A stretch of DNA of 64,000 nucleotides from positions 32,001 to 96,000 of the IMG/VR virus record IMGVR_UViG_3300029288_000085; one strand, 5' to 3'. Made by a program: the position numbers and the translations under genes. This DNA comes from a virus (taxonomy: Duplodnaviria > Caudoviricetes). The notes under the pieces were generated by a model that saw nothing but the letters and a program-made list of their open reading frames with translations, ran no database searches and was not told the origin of the DNA. Every line of letters starts with the position of its first letter. Position 1 is the stretch's first letter. Shown here in pieces: positions 39,528 through 50,328 of this stretch.

Positions 39528-39936
39528 TTATACCATCCTGCTTGTAGCGTAAAGCAGCATAAAATCTGCTTTGCCAATGAGGATTTAACCTCTCTATATG
39601 TGATGCCCATCCTTCTTTTGTATGAAGAAACTTCTCATCATATGTATACAACCCTATATGATTAGCGATTTTGCTTGTTGGTGATAAGTAGAAAATAATT
39701 AAATCAAATGGTTCCGATGGATATTTTAATCTAACCCATGTTTTCATATTTGGTAATTCGTTCTGAATAATAGTTTGATCTTTCTCATACCAATTTTCTT
39801 CATAGTTGTAGTCTGGTAGTACAATCCCTTTTTCATTCTTATATATAAGTTTTATAAGTCCATAACAATCTACACCATCAAAATCTCTTCCTAAATGCTT
39901 ATATTTTATATTGATATACTTAGAAAAATTATACAT
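39520..39936 (-). CDS. NlpC/P60 tail assembly protein (gpK-like)
   Basis: GRDFDGVDCYGL, NHIGLY, FLH; likely start MYNF at 39936. Confidence 0.85.
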   Translation of the reverse strand: MYNFSKYINIKYKHLGRDFDGVDCYGLIKLIYKNEKGIVLPDYNYEENWYEKDQTIIQNELPNMKTWVRLKYPSEPFDLIIFYLSPTSKIANHIGLYTYDEKFLHTKEGWASHIERLNPHWQSRFYAALRYKQDGING

Positions 39937-39937
39937 A

Positions 39938-40648
39938 TTATAATATGATGTAAGCATTACGAGGAATACTAGTAAATCCCCCATATCTAGCATCATTTCC
40001 CCTCTTCCTACAATTTTCCAATGTCCCATCACATGTAGGATAACTAGCTGTGTTTACTATGTTTTGTGGATCACATTCTGTAGCTGCATATTTATCATCT
40101 AATGCCCAAAAACATTCTCTCATATATTTCCTTCTAGGAATCACTATCTTCTTAATTGTAAACTTAGATTTGCAACTAAACGTTACTGCTTGTTCATTAG
40201 AACTAACTGCATCAATATACATCTTCTCTTTCATTATAGCATTTTTGTCAGGTTCTGTACCTAGATGTTTTTCAGTTGCCCCTGATGGCAGATTATATGC
40301 AAATAATGACATTGCATATATTTCTCTGCCACGAAGATATTGCTTATTTTGTATAATTGACTCAATCAATCTATCAGTATTAGGAATAGAAAGTGTAAGT
40401 TCACCTATTTCACCAGTATTATTACTACCTATTTCTCCCCTTTTAATTGGCAACCCTGTATAAATAGTTGCATTACTTGTAATTTCACCAGTAGCATTTA
40501 CCGAGAATCCATAAATATCTTGGTTGATATTGGCATAATATAAAGGTTCATAGCCAGATAGAGAAGCATTCACGCAATATAAATCTATTGGGTGATTTCC
40601 TTCTATTAGTACTTGTCTTTTGTGAAATGTTGCTGATACATCATACAT
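39938..40648 (-). CDS. Minor tail protein (gpL-like)
   Basis: PRRKY..ECFW...EC...CDGTLENC...N..RYGGF Cys pattern. Confidence 0.8.
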   Translation of the reverse strand: MYDVSATFHKRQVLIEGNHPIDLYCVNASLSGYEPLYYANINQDIYGFSVNATGEITSNATIYTGLPIKRGEIGSNNTGEIGELTLSIPNTDRLIESIIQNKQYLRGREIYAMSLFAYNLPSGATEKHLGTEPDKNAIMKEKMYIDAVSSNEQAVTFSCKSKFTIKKIVIPRRKYMRECFWALDDKYAATECDPQNIVNTASYPTCDGTLENCRKRGNDARYGGFTSIPRNAYIIL

Positions 40649-40659
40649 AGTTATAATCC

Positions 40660-41346
40660 CTACACTGAATATTTAGATATAAATGAGACAATCCCACTTC
40701 TCATATATCCACCATTTTCAGTAACTCCCATATCTTCTCTCCAATATTCTGTAGGCTTAAATCCTGAGAGAACATTTGGTGATAAGTATGCTTCGTATAC
40801 AGGATATGCTACTACATCTATTGAAGTAGCTCTTGAATACTTTAGCCCACCTCTATGATAATTTGCCAAGCTAATTGTAATAGTAGCATTTGTAACAATA
40901 GTGCTAACATCCCCTAATTTCCAATGTGTAGTTCCATCCCAAACAAATATCTTATTTGCTTTTTGATTAGCAATCGTCGTATATAGTCTAGTATTATCAG
41001 TGCCTAAACTCCAAGCATTTGCAGCAGAAGCTATAGTATCCGGTGTGAATCCTTTACTGAAATCAACAATATAAAAAGAAGTCAGTGCTTCATCTACATA
41101 ATCAATAAAGTGTTCTATTTGTTGATACTCACGATGGAAAATATTATCATAGGTATAACTTATAATAAGATGTGGTAAAGCCTTCTTTCTAGTCTGCATC
41201 GTCTGATCTTGAAAAGGAGTGACTAAGACACTATAGCTAGGATAACTATGACAACCAGAATTAGGTTCATTCATACTATATGAAATACTATCTATAATTC
41301 CCGTCGAGAGTTTACTTGCTACTTTTCCTATAGGAAATAGATTCAT
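40660..41346 (-). CDS. Distal tail protein (putative)
   Basis: Position between the tape measure and gpL-like genes. Confidence 0.55.
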   Translation of the reverse strand: MNLFPIGKVASKLSTGIIDSISYSMNEPNSGCHSYPSYSVLVTPFQDQTMQTRKKALPHLIISYTYDNIFHREYQQIEHFIDYVDEALTSFYIVDFSKGFTPDTIASAANAWSLGTDNTRLYTTIANQKANKIFVWDGTTHWKLGDVSTIVTNATITISLANYHRGGLKYSRATSIDVVAYPVYEAYLSPNVLSGFKPTEYWREDMGVTENGGYMRSGIVSFISKYSV

Positions 41347-41358
41347 TACTGCACATCC

Positions 41359-44300
41359 TTATACATTATAACTTCTAAAGGTAGATCCTTTATTCTGCAT
41401 ATCTCTACCAATCGTATTTACAATAACTCTTTTACCCATTGAAGTAGTCATTGCCCCTGCAATATCATCAGGAGTTACTATATTAAGAACTTGAATAGGA
41501 GTTTGTGAATCTCTCATATATCCAGACACACTATCTTCTCTTATATTCTCTTGGGGGATTACTAGTTCTCTACCGGACTTGTTATCACCTAATAATGCAA
41601 GAGTATTACCCCTTGTCAATCCACCTCTAGAGAATTTCTTAAAAGATTCTATGTGGGGTAGAATACCGCCTTGACCTTTTACTGTTTGTAAATATGGATT
41701 AATACCTTCAGCAGTCATCCCTGTTGATACAGTGTCACCGCCAAAATAACTTAATCCAGCCATTACAGCTTTCATTGCCAACCACTGAAGTATTGCTTTC
41801 CTTGTTGCATCTACTAAATCTTTAAAGAATACTCTAAACATTTCACCAATTTGAGTTATAGGATTTTTAAGATCGGATATTTCCTCATTTAATCTAGACA
41901 TCTCATTAGTAATATTCTTGACTTTTATAGCATCACCTTCTGCTATAGCTGCATCATAGTCAACTCTTAATTGTTGTAGTTCACCCTCAAGATTTATAAT
42001 TTCTTGTTCTTGTTCTTGAAATCCTCCAGTTATATCAAATGTTACTCCGGCTATTCCTTCAGCAAATTGTGTTGATGTCTCTGAAATTAACTTTGATAGA
42101 AACTGATTAGTACTTAATACTTGTTCTTTTATATTTTTATAAGCATCATAAACTGGGTCATTAGCACGTTTTATTCTTTCAGTTAATCCTAATTGTTCTA
42201 ATAAGATATTATTCATTTCTTTTAATGCATTAAGACGTTCATTATCATCTTTCATTTCATCTACTGCCACTTTATAAACCATTTCCCGTCTTAAATCCAA
42301 CATTTCCTGTTCAATAGCTAATCTTTCTGTTGGAGGAGCAACAGCCTGTTCTGCCTTTAATTGTTTAATTCTTAAATCAAGAGATACATTTTCTTCCTCA
42401 TAATTTTTATTGGTTATTTTTACTTCTCTTCCAATTTCTCTTTCTGCAACGAATCTTTTATTTCTCAATTGTTGTAAATCATTCTCAAGTTGTTCCTTTT
42501 CTTTCGTTTTCTTTTCATCTAAGCTGATAAATTTTAATGCCTCTTCTTTACCTGCTATCTGTGCATCAATAGTTTTCAATTCCATATTCAATCTATCTTC
42601 AAGAGTAGTATCTCCTACATACATACGTATACGTTGTGATTCTATGTCAAGAGTATCTTGTTCTGTCTTTCTTGCTATCTCCTGTAGTTTTGTACCTTCC
42701 CATTTTACTTGTACTCCTCTTTTTTGTTGATCATAACTTTCCTTTAGACCTTTTAGCTCATTCTTATATTTCCAATTATTTAATCTTGTCAACTCAGTAA
42801 TATCCTTTTTACCAGCATCGTCTTGTTGTCTAATGCTAAGATTAAGTGTAGCCAACTTTTTTTCCTTTTTGTAAATAGCTTCAATATTTTCTAGTTCACT
42901 TCTATAATTTTCATCTGTCATCTCTTCCTTTTTTTCCCTCTGAGATGCTAATTTAAGACTTTGTATTTCTTCTTTGGCTATCTCCGCTTCTGTTTTTAAT
43001 CTTTCCATACGTTCTTGCTGAGTTAATTCAATACCCTCTTTAAGTTTTTTGGGTGGTCTAATTTTGTCAAGATTTTCTTGTATTCCTTTTCTAAGTGTTG
43101 TGCCTGGAGTTACCTTTGGTTCTTTTAGTAGTAATTCTTCAATAGCAGGTGCATTCCTCTGTAATTGTTCCTTTTCCTCTTTTGTAAATGTATCCCATGA
43201 ATCTAGTATTCTTTTTTGAAACCCTGGATAAGCACTTACTATTTTCTTAAGTTCGTCCTTATTTATTACCCCCGCTAATTTAGCTATATCCATCATATCT
43301 TTAAATGAAATACTTAAATTCTCATTGGTCTCTTCTGTTATTATACCAAGAGCATTTACAGTCGTTTCTAGTTCACGTGAGGATTTACTGAGAGTATCAT
43401 AACCTTGTCCTAGTTCTTTCATTTTTTCAGTTGATTTATCATATACTGTGGCATAGGTGCTATTTATCATACTTATGAGTCTGTCATGTGCTTTAGTAGC
43501 ATCTATTGTAGCCTTTTGAATTGTGGCAAGTTGACCTTTAATCTTTTCTTCATGACGACCTTGAATAATTTTCTGTATAATTTCATCTTGCCCTTTATAT
43601 AATTCTAACTCTTCTTCAGTAATCTCTTCAGACTGCTTTGCTAAATTATATGCGTTTTTAAGAGCGGCCTCTGCTTCTTTGCCCTTCAATGTCTTACTAT
43701 ATAAAATAGCTTGTTCATACTCACGAAAACTATCCCTTAACCTATAATATCCTTCCTCTACTGTTTTTATATCATCTCTTAACTTCTTAAATACTAAAGC
43801 ATCATTACCAATTTTTTCAATTACATTATCCCCTTTATCAAGCCATCGTATTAACTCACCCCACCCACCAATAATTTGTGCAATTGGGGATAGTATCGCA
43901 CTAAGTACACTTGAAAGTGTTCTTACACCAGCCACCAATGCAATTAATGCTGGTTCTACGTCCCTCAATAATACATAAGTTCCTGATACTAAATCACTTG
44001 TAAATTGCTGCCATGCCGTACTTAATGTTTCAGTTTGTATTGCAGCAGTAGCTGATGCTCTATTGTGTTCATACATTGCATCAGCAGATTTACGTAAACC
44101 GTCAGAGGTTTGTACTAGAATAGTCATACCAGCAGCAGCACGCCTATCAAACGCTCTAAAAGAGTTTTCAACCCCCCAACCAGCTTTTTTCAATGTTTCA
44201 AGTATTGAAATGAAGTCATATACTTGTGGATCAACATCTCTTAGATTTAAACCCAGATTTGCTACTTCTCGTCTAAAAGCATCAGTAGGTTTTAACAGTT

Positions 44301-46662
44301 CAGACATTACTGCTCTAAGTGATGTACCAGCAATAGAAGCATCAACACCTCTGTCAACCATTGTTGCCAACAATGCTGTGGTTTCCTGCAAATTTACGTT
44401 CAATTGTGGTGCAACACCTGTTACATATTCTAATGATGTAGCTAATCCTGTCATATTGAGCTTAGACACATTTATACTTGTTGCTAAGATATCTGTTATT
44501 TTCTTTGTATCAGTAGCACTAAGATTCCATGCCTTCAAAATGGAAGTTACTAACTCAGAAGTTTTTGCAAAGTCAAATAACGTGGCTGTTGCTAATTTAG
44601 CAGTGTCTGTAATAACACTTAGAGTTTCATTTACGGTAAGACCAGCTTGTGCAAATACACCCATTCCTTTTGCTATTTCTAGTGAAGAAAATTTAGTAGT
44701 ACTACCTAATTCCATTGCAGTCTTAGCCAATCTAACTAAGTCTTGATCACTTGCTTGAGAAACAGCTTGTACATTCTTTAATTCTTGACTTAACTGAACA
44801 GCACCCTGTAAGGCATCCGAAAAACCACGATATAATGCCCATGCACCACGAAGTTGCAAGAACCATCTTCCTCTATTTACTAACCATTCTGGGCTTAAGA
44901 ATTTTTCTACTCCACCTCTTTGTGTTGCAGCATATTCTTTAGTCAATTTTCTCAATTCAATTTGCTGTCTTTGATCTAATTGGATACCCAAAGCTTTACG
45001 AGCATTTAATTGTTCCATTACAATTTGATTGTTCTTAAGAACATTGATTCCTAGTTCTCTTTCTGCTCTAGCTCTAGCTTCAACAACAATTGATTCACGG
45101 TATAACTTTGCTCTATTTCCAAGTATCAACGTCTCGTCTTTAGCAATTTTTAGTCTTTCATTCCATTCTTTATTTCCTACAGACACACTCTCTTTTTTTT
45201 GTTGCTCACTAAGTTGAATGCCCAAAGCCATCTTAGCATTTAAACTATCTCGAATAACAGCAGAATTCTTTTCTACATTAATACCAAGTTCTCTTTCTTT
45301 TCTAGCTCTTGCTTCTTTTAAAGTTAAGTCTTCCAGTAATTTATCTCTATCTTGTAATATCTTATTATCTTGAGTAGAATATGTTAATTTGTCTTGAAAA
45401 CTAAGACTAGATAATTTACCATACTCCATTGCTAACTTTCTTACTTCATCTGCTTCTTGTTGAGTAAGTTTTGCTCCCATCTTCATTCTTTCTTCTAATT
45501 CTTTAAGAATGAGGTTAGCATTCTTCTCTACATTAATACCTAATTCACGTTCTTTTCTTAATCCATCTAATCTGATTTCTTGTTCTGCAATGGCGGCATT
45601 ATATTTCTCAGTAGCTACAACTTCATCTGTTGCTACTTCTGTTCTTTTCTTGACTTCACCTGTAGAAACTCTAAATGCACTTTGCTTATCTATTGTTGTA
45701 GGTGGAAGTATTTTACCTTGTCTTATACCAGTTAAACTCACACCTTCCTGCAAAGCTTTATTATACTGTTGCCTGATAAGGATAGCATTTTTCTCTACAT
45801 TAATACCTAATTGCATTTCTTTCCTAGCTTGGGCTTCTTTTATTGCCATTTCTTGCAGTCTAGTATTACGTAGTTCTAGTATTCGTTCTTGGTTTCCAGC
45901 TTGAGATAGTTCTTCTTTAAATTCTAGTTGCTTTTGAGTTTCAAACGCAAGTCTTAACTTTTCACCTAGTGCTTCGTAGCTAACAATAGATTTTGGTCCT
46001 ACCCTGTCATAAAAGGTAGTTAAGATAGTGTTTAGTTTTGCTAATTTTTGTGCTGCTATATCACTTGACATTGCAACATTATTTCGAAGATCCTCTGATA
46101 GGCCAGTTAGAAATTTCTTATTTTTGGTATCAACTTGTGCTAATTTAGTTAATTCGCCTGAGAGATCAAATTGGGATAATTCTTGACGAGCTTTTCCAAT
46201 AGCCTTTCGTTCTACAGACATATCATCTGTTGGTTTAAAGTTTCTATCAAGTTCTTGTTGTTCCGATGAGGTAGTTAGTCTGTATTGTGATACCTGTTGT
46301 AGCATAGGTATCTTAGAAGCTAGACCTTTTAGAACTGACAGTTGTTGTGCTAATCGTTTATAATCTTCTGCTAGTTTATTAGCACTCCTGCCTGATTGTG
46401 CTGCAAACTTACTCATTGTACTATCAACTTCAGTTATATCATGTTTCCAACTATCAAATACTGAGTTGAGTTTGTTACGGGCACTATCCATATACTTCAA
46501 GGTTTTCTCGAATGGATCACCTTGAATAAGAGAGGCTAACTTAAGATTTTTGATGCCAACTTGAAAGGATTTTAGTGTCTGTTCAGCATTCTTTATACCA
46601 GCGTCAAGTTTGGATAAGTCTACACCAACAAAAATATTTACACCTGGACCAACAGTTGTCAT
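41359..46662 (-). CDS. Tape measure protein
   Basis: 1767 aa, helical; TP901-type core (ELGSTTKFSSLEIAKGM...AGTSLR). Confidence 0.9.
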   Translation of the reverse strand: MTTVGPGVNIFVGVDLSKLDAGIKNAEQTLKSFQVGIKNLKLASLIQGDPFEKTLKYMDSARNKLNSVFDSWKHDITEVDSTMSKFAAQSGRSANKLAEDYKRLAQQLSVLKGLASKIPMLQQVSQYRLTTSSEQQELDRNFKPTDDMSVERKAIGKARQELSQFDLSGELTKLAQVDTKNKKFLTGLSEDLRNNVAMSSDIAAQKLAKLNTILTTFYDRVGPKSIVSYEALGEKLRLAFETQKQLEFKEELSQAGNQERILELRNTRLQEMAIKEAQARKEMQLGINVEKNAILIRQQYNKALQEGVSLTGIRQGKILPPTTIDKQSAFRVSTGEVKKRTEVATDEVVATEKYNAAIAEQEIRLDGLRKERELGINVEKNANLILKELEERMKMGAKLTQQEADEVRKLAMEYGKLSSLSFQDKLTYSTQDNKILQDRDKLLEDLTLKEARARKERELGINVEKNSAVIRDSLNAKMALGIQLSEQQKKESVSVGNKEWNERLKIAKDETLILGNRAKLYRESIVVEARARAERELGINVLKNNQIVMEQLNARKALGIQLDQRQQIELRKLTKEYAATQRGGVEKFLSPEWLVNRGRWFLQLRGAWALYRGFSDALQGAVQLSQELKNVQAVSQASDQDLVRLAKTAMELGSTTKFSSLEIAKGMGVFAQAGLTVNETLSVITDTAKLATATLFDFAKTSELVTSILKAWNLSATDTKKITDILATSINVSKLNMTGLATSLEYVTGVAPQLNVNLQETTALLATMVDRGVDASIAGTSLRAVMSELLKPTDAFRREVANLGLNLRDVDPQVYDFISILETLKKAGWGVENSFRAFDRRAAAGMTILVQTSDGLRKSADAMYEHNRASATAAIQTETLSTAWQQFTSDLVSGTYVLLRDVEPALIALVAGVRTLSSVLSAILSPIAQIIGGWGELIRWLDKGDNVIEKIGNDALVFKKLRDDIKTVEEGYYRLRDSFREYEQAILYSKTLKGKEAEAALKNAYNLAKQSEEITEEELELYKGQDEIIQKIIQGRHEEKIKGQLATIQKATIDATKAHDRLISMINSTYATVYDKSTEKMKELGQGYDTLSKSSRELETTVNALGIITEETNENLSISFKDMMDIAKLAGVINKDELKKIVSAYPGFQKRILDSWDTFTKEEKEQLQRNAPAIEELLLKEPKVTPGTTLRKGIQENLDKIRPPKKLKEGIELTQQERMERLKTEAEIAKEEIQSLKLASQREKKEEMTDENYRSELENIEAIYKKEKKLATLNLSIRQQDDAGKKDITELTRLNNWKYKNELKGLKESYDQQKRGVQVKWEGTKLQEIARKTEQDTLDIESQRIRMYVGDTTLEDRLNMELKTIDAQIAGKEEALKFISLDEKKTKEKEQLENDLQQLRNKRFVAEREIGREVKITNKNYEEENVSLDLRIKQLKAEQAVAPPTERLAIEQEMLDLRREMVYKVAVDEMKDDNERLNALKEMNNILLEQLGLTERIKRANDPVYDAYKNIKEQVLSTNQFLSKLISETSTQFAEGIAGVTFDITGGFQEQEQEIINLEGELQQLRVDYDAAIAEGDAIKVKNITNEMSRLNEEISDLKNPITQIGEMFRVFFKDLVDATRKAILQWLAMKAVMAGLSYFGGDTVSTGMTAEGINPYLQTVKGQGGILPHIESFKKFSRGGLTRGNTLALLGDNKSGRELVIPQENIREDSVSGYMRDSQTPIQVLNIVTPDDIAGAMTTSMGKRVIVNTIGRDMQNKGSTFRSYNV

Positions 46663-47461
46663 TTCTTCTTATCATCATCCTTTTTACGTTTCACTGGTAC
46701 ACCAAGTGCGCCAAACATTTTCAGTAAGCCATCGGCAGTTTGTGTTGGATTATTTATTATTTTATCCCACTCAAATGAATTTATAAATCTCTTCCATGCT
46801 TGATTTTTTCTATTAGCTTCAGATCTATTTGAAGCTGGTGTAGCATAACTAAATGCTTGAGCAGATATGATAGCAAGCATTTTTTGGTCTTCTAATTCTT
46901 TCTTTACCTGTTTTTCATAAAAGAGATTCACTTGCTCTATTGTATAATTGTATTTCAAGTCATTGAATGAATGCCCACTTTTTAAAAGATTGTGAAATAC
47001 TTCTCCTAGTGATATTGGTTCAGATGCCCCCCTTTTCTTTTTCTTGTTTACTTTTTCGAGGGGCTGAGTGCGTTTTTTATTGAATTAGTTATTGTTATCT
47101 TATTCTGCTTATAAATTATAAATGCTACTTTAAGTCCAGTTTCCATATCAAACGCCTTTACATCTTTTTCTTCTTTACCTAACGTTACAGCTATAACTTT
47201 TAAAACTTCAGAACTAGCAATCGTAAATAATCTTGCTAGCGTACTATAGGATAGGAAATTAGTATTTTTTTCAAACTCTTGAATCAATCCTTGCTTTTCC
47301 ATCTTGTTAAGAATAGACTCAAGAGAAGAAGAAATATCAAATAAAATACCAAAACTCCAAGGTTTGATTGTCACTTCCCCAACTTTTACTTCTGGAAAAA
47401 GGATTTCTTCTTCTGAAACTTTTACTTCTTCTACTTCTTCTTGCTTAACTTCATCCACCAT
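46659..47461 (-). CDS. Tail assembly chaperones gpG (47048..47461) and gpGT via -1 frameshift
   Basis: A AAA AAC at 47078-47072; the -1 frame is open into ORF 46659..46958; lies between the major tail and tape measure genes. Confidence 0.8.
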
Positions 47462-47478
47462 AAAAAATCTCCATTTTT

Positions 47479-47506
47479 AAAAAGGGGTGAGGTTGCCCCC
47501 ACCCCT
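47479..47506 (-). terminator. Intrinsic terminator after the major tail gene
   Basis: AGGGGTGGGG-GCAA-CCTCACCCCT-TTTT on the - strand. Confidence 0.8.
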
Positions 47507-47520
47507 GCTAAGAATCTTAT

Positions 47521-48096
47521 TTAAGGATTCATTGTTATTAAGCCGTATGGCTTAGAAGCCCACTCTCCAGTGTCATAGTAGAGCACTTCTAATACCATTG
47601 GTGCTGTCCACCAATCTTCTACGTTCAATGCCATTGCCCCATCAGGTCTGATGACTGCTTTAGGACAAGTATATGCAAATGTCCTACCAATCGCAGTTCT
47701 AAAGAGCAGAGATACAGAACCAGTTCTCAATGCTTCTTGCATGATAGCAATTTTAGTCTTGTTACCAGCTTGAATATTTGAACCTAAGAAAAATCGTTTA
47801 AGGTTTGTACCGTTAATTTCATCAAATGTAAAAGGAATGGTGATAGCTTTGTTATTTACCTGTGTCAAGTCCTTAGATCTTGACCCATTTTTTGAAATAT
47901 AGTGCTCAATATACGTAACGTCTGGTGAGAACTCCTGTGTAACTATATTACCCATATTCCTTTTTGCAACACGAAATGGAGAGCCAACAGTTTGTTGAGC
48001 TGTATTCGTAGCTAACAAAGAAGCATGTGCAACAGAAGTGTCAAAATAAATATCACATCCACCAATACGGTAGTTATTAGTCGTAATTGTAGCCAT
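47521..48096 (-). CDS. Major tail (tube) protein
   Basis: Position; NYRIGGCDIYF...MGN...EHY...FTFDEIN. Confidence 0.7.
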   Translation of the reverse strand: MATITTNNYRIGGCDIYFDTSVAHASLLATNTAQQTVGSPFRVAKRNMGNIVTQEFSPDVTYIEHYISKNGSRSKDLTQVNNKAITIPFTFDEINGTNLKRFFLGSNIQAGNKTKIAIMQEALRTGSVSLLFRTAIGRTFAYTCPKAVIRPDGAMALNVEDWWTAPMVLEVLYYDTGEWASKPYGLITMNP

Positions 48097-48167
48097 ATAT
48101 CAACTTCACCACCTATTTATTAAATAAGATCACAATAATCTTATATGAAAACTCCTCATGGTTATTT

Positions 48168-49352
48168 TTATGCTATATTATCTAGAATATCTTCCTCTCC
48201 ATACTCAAAGACATGTAATTTCTTAATATCTTCAGGCATAGACTTTCTAACAGGAAGATCAAGAACTTTAGCATACAGATTTTCCACTCTACAAATGAAA
48301 TTTTCCATCACAAGTTCTTTTCTTTTTTTATCTAAGTTATCCATAATTTCAAGGTATTTGCTTTCTAATTGAGTGCAATTTCCAATTTCCTCAAGATTAG
48401 TGAAAGTAAAACCTATATTATGTTTATTTATATATTTTTCAGTTTCTTTACACCAACAAGCTAAGGAAGGCAATCCTGCCTGGGCATACTCCATCATTTT
48501 ATTTGATAGAGTTAAATCAACTTGTTGATTCTTACCACTTTGATTATTCCAAATACATAAACCATATTTATATTGTTTTAAAGCCTTCATCATCTCATCA
48601 TAATGTGTAGGAGGAAACAAAACTGCTCCAGTACCATGATAAGTATCAAAAGCGGAAAGATTTCCACAGTACATTGCTGTTTCATTTCCCATTTCTACTA
48701 ACTTCTTGATGATTCCATAAAGATTACGATATGCATACATCTCACTTAATTCTTCATCGTCTGGTGGATTTGCTCCACCTTCGTAGACTAATCCTCTTCG
48801 TTTAAAGATATCGTTGCGGTCGTAATCATATTGCTTATTACTACTACAATAACTATAGATTACAACATTAGGTATATTTACCTTGTGTAATTCGTTAGTT
48901 ATCTTCTGTATAGGTTGAGAAGCATATATTAACCCATCTGCTGCATTAAACATCTTCTGTTCATCTAGTGGGATAAACTGTCTCCTAATTGAGTCAAGAT
49001 CGTGTAGGTCAGCAATGATAGGAACATTTGATCCCATATCAGTTACAACGTTTCTTGCCCAAATAACAGGAAAGTCAGGTTCATTAGAATAATCAATAAT
49101 ATCAATACCCTGACTTATGAATGTTCGTAAGGAGTTCTTAAATTGTTTTTCCCCCTTAAACAAAGCAAACATATCTAGTTCATTTGTACCATAACTATTC
49201 ATTTCTCCTAAACCAATAGTTGTATATCCTACTTTTCTTAATGCTTTTGCACGTTTATGAACTCGTATACACCAATGACATCCTGCCATCAATATTGTTA
49301 AAGGTTTTCCATTTTTATTAGTTAAAGGTTTATCAAAATCTATATAATCCAT
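48168..49352 (-). CDS. GT-B (GT4-like) glycosyltransferase inside the tail module
   Basis: DLHD, LVYEGG, SNKMMEYAQAGLP. Confidence 0.75.
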   Translation of the reverse strand: MDYIDFDKPLTNKNGKPLTILMAGCHWCIRVHKRAKALRKVGYTTIGLGEMNSYGTNELDMFALFKGEKQFKNSLRTFISQGIDIIDYSNEPDFPVIWARNVVTDMGSNVPIIADLHDLDSIRRQFIPLDEQKMFNAADGLIYASQPIQKITNELHKVNIPNVVIYSYCSSNKQYDYDRNDIFKRRGLVYEGGANPPDDEELSEMYAYRNLYGIIKKLVEMGNETAMYCGNLSAFDTYHGTGAVLFPPTHYDEMMKALKQYKYGLCIWNNQSGKNQQVDLTLSNKMMEYAQAGLPSLACWCKETEKYINKHNIGFTFTNLEEIGNCTQLESKYLEIMDNLDKKRKELVMENFICRVENLYAKVLDLPVRKSMPEDIKKLHVFEYGEEDILDNIA

Positions 49353-49380
49353 AATCTCCTCATTAAAGTTTTATATAAAA

Positions 49381-50319
49381 TCATTTACATTGCATATCAG
49401 ATAGTTTACATCCTTCTATGCTATGTACTTTTCTCTCACATTCTTTGCATAATGTTATTCCCATATCTACATCAGCACTTTCTATAGGATTCCATCTTAT
49501 GCCTTCTTTGTGATGAGCTATAAGATTTTCTGTTGAACCACATTTAGTACATTTATAACCATCACGCTCTTTTACCATTTCAGACCAGTCATGTTGATCT
49601 GGTCTTTCATTTTCATTCAGCCTAAACCCTTTAGGATATTTCTTTTGGTTAAATATAGAACAACTTTTCTTGCACTTGACAGAACAATAAAAATGGTTTT
49701 CACTAGTCGTAGTTCCATTAATTGATCTTAATCTATTTTCTACTGAGGTTCTAGTTGGTGTATACCATTTTTTGCAATTAGCACATCTTACTTGTAATAT
49801 ATTTTTTTCTTTTGGGTTTTCCCTAATTTCTTCACAAAAAGAAATTTGACTAGAATATGTATTAAACCATGCTAAATTTCTTTTAGATACACCATTTTTC
49901 CAATTAGGATGATTTTCTTCTCTGAATTTACCTATCATAATTTCACTTAATTTTTTTCGGGTTTCTCTAGATACAAACTTTCCCTTTTGGGCAATACTCA
50001 TCTTTACTTTGGTTTCTTTAGATGTTGGTTTAGTTCTAATTTTCTTTAGCCCTTTTTGTGCTAATCCCATCCGAATCTTAGTTTCCTCAGATCTGATTTT
50101 ACCTTTATTACCATAACTAATTTTTGCTTTAGATTCATCACTAAACCTTTTACATTTCAAGCTACAAAATCTTCCACAACTATTTCTTGGAGCTAAAAAC
50201 GGTTCTCTACAAGTTTCACAAGAATCAATATATGTATATCGGTTATTAGTAATTAAATCCTTCCAATATCCTTTTCTATAATATCTTAAATTTTCTATAT
50301 TTTCCCAAGTAATTTTCAT
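49381..50319 (-). CDS. Zn-finger/NUMOD3 HNH endonuclease (family copy 2)
   Basis: SEETK repeats, NHPNWKNG, RDGYKCTKCG...AHHKEG...ITLCKEC. Confidence 0.8.
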   Translation of the reverse strand: MKITWENIENLRYYRKGYWKDLITNNRYTYIDSCETCREPFLAPRNSCGRFCSLKCKRFSDESKAKISYGNKGKIRSEETKIRMGLAQKGLKKIRTKPTSKETKVKMSIAQKGKFVSRETRKKLSEIMIGKFREENHPNWKNGVSKRNLAWFNTYSSQISFCEEIRENPKEKNILQVRCANCKKWYTPTRTSVENRLRSINGTTTSENHFYCSVKCKKSCSIFNQKKYPKGFRLNENERPDQHDWSEMVKERDGYKCTKCGSTENLIAHHKEGIRWNPIESADVDMGITLCKECERKVHSIEGCKLSDMQCK

Positions 50320-50328
50320 TATTTACCT

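Noticed and set aside
44063-44746. Antisense ORFs (also 8067..8582, 9751..10134, 28055..28408, 40050..40463, 45509..45904)
   Set aside because: They lie opposite well-supported genes and have no recognisable motifs.
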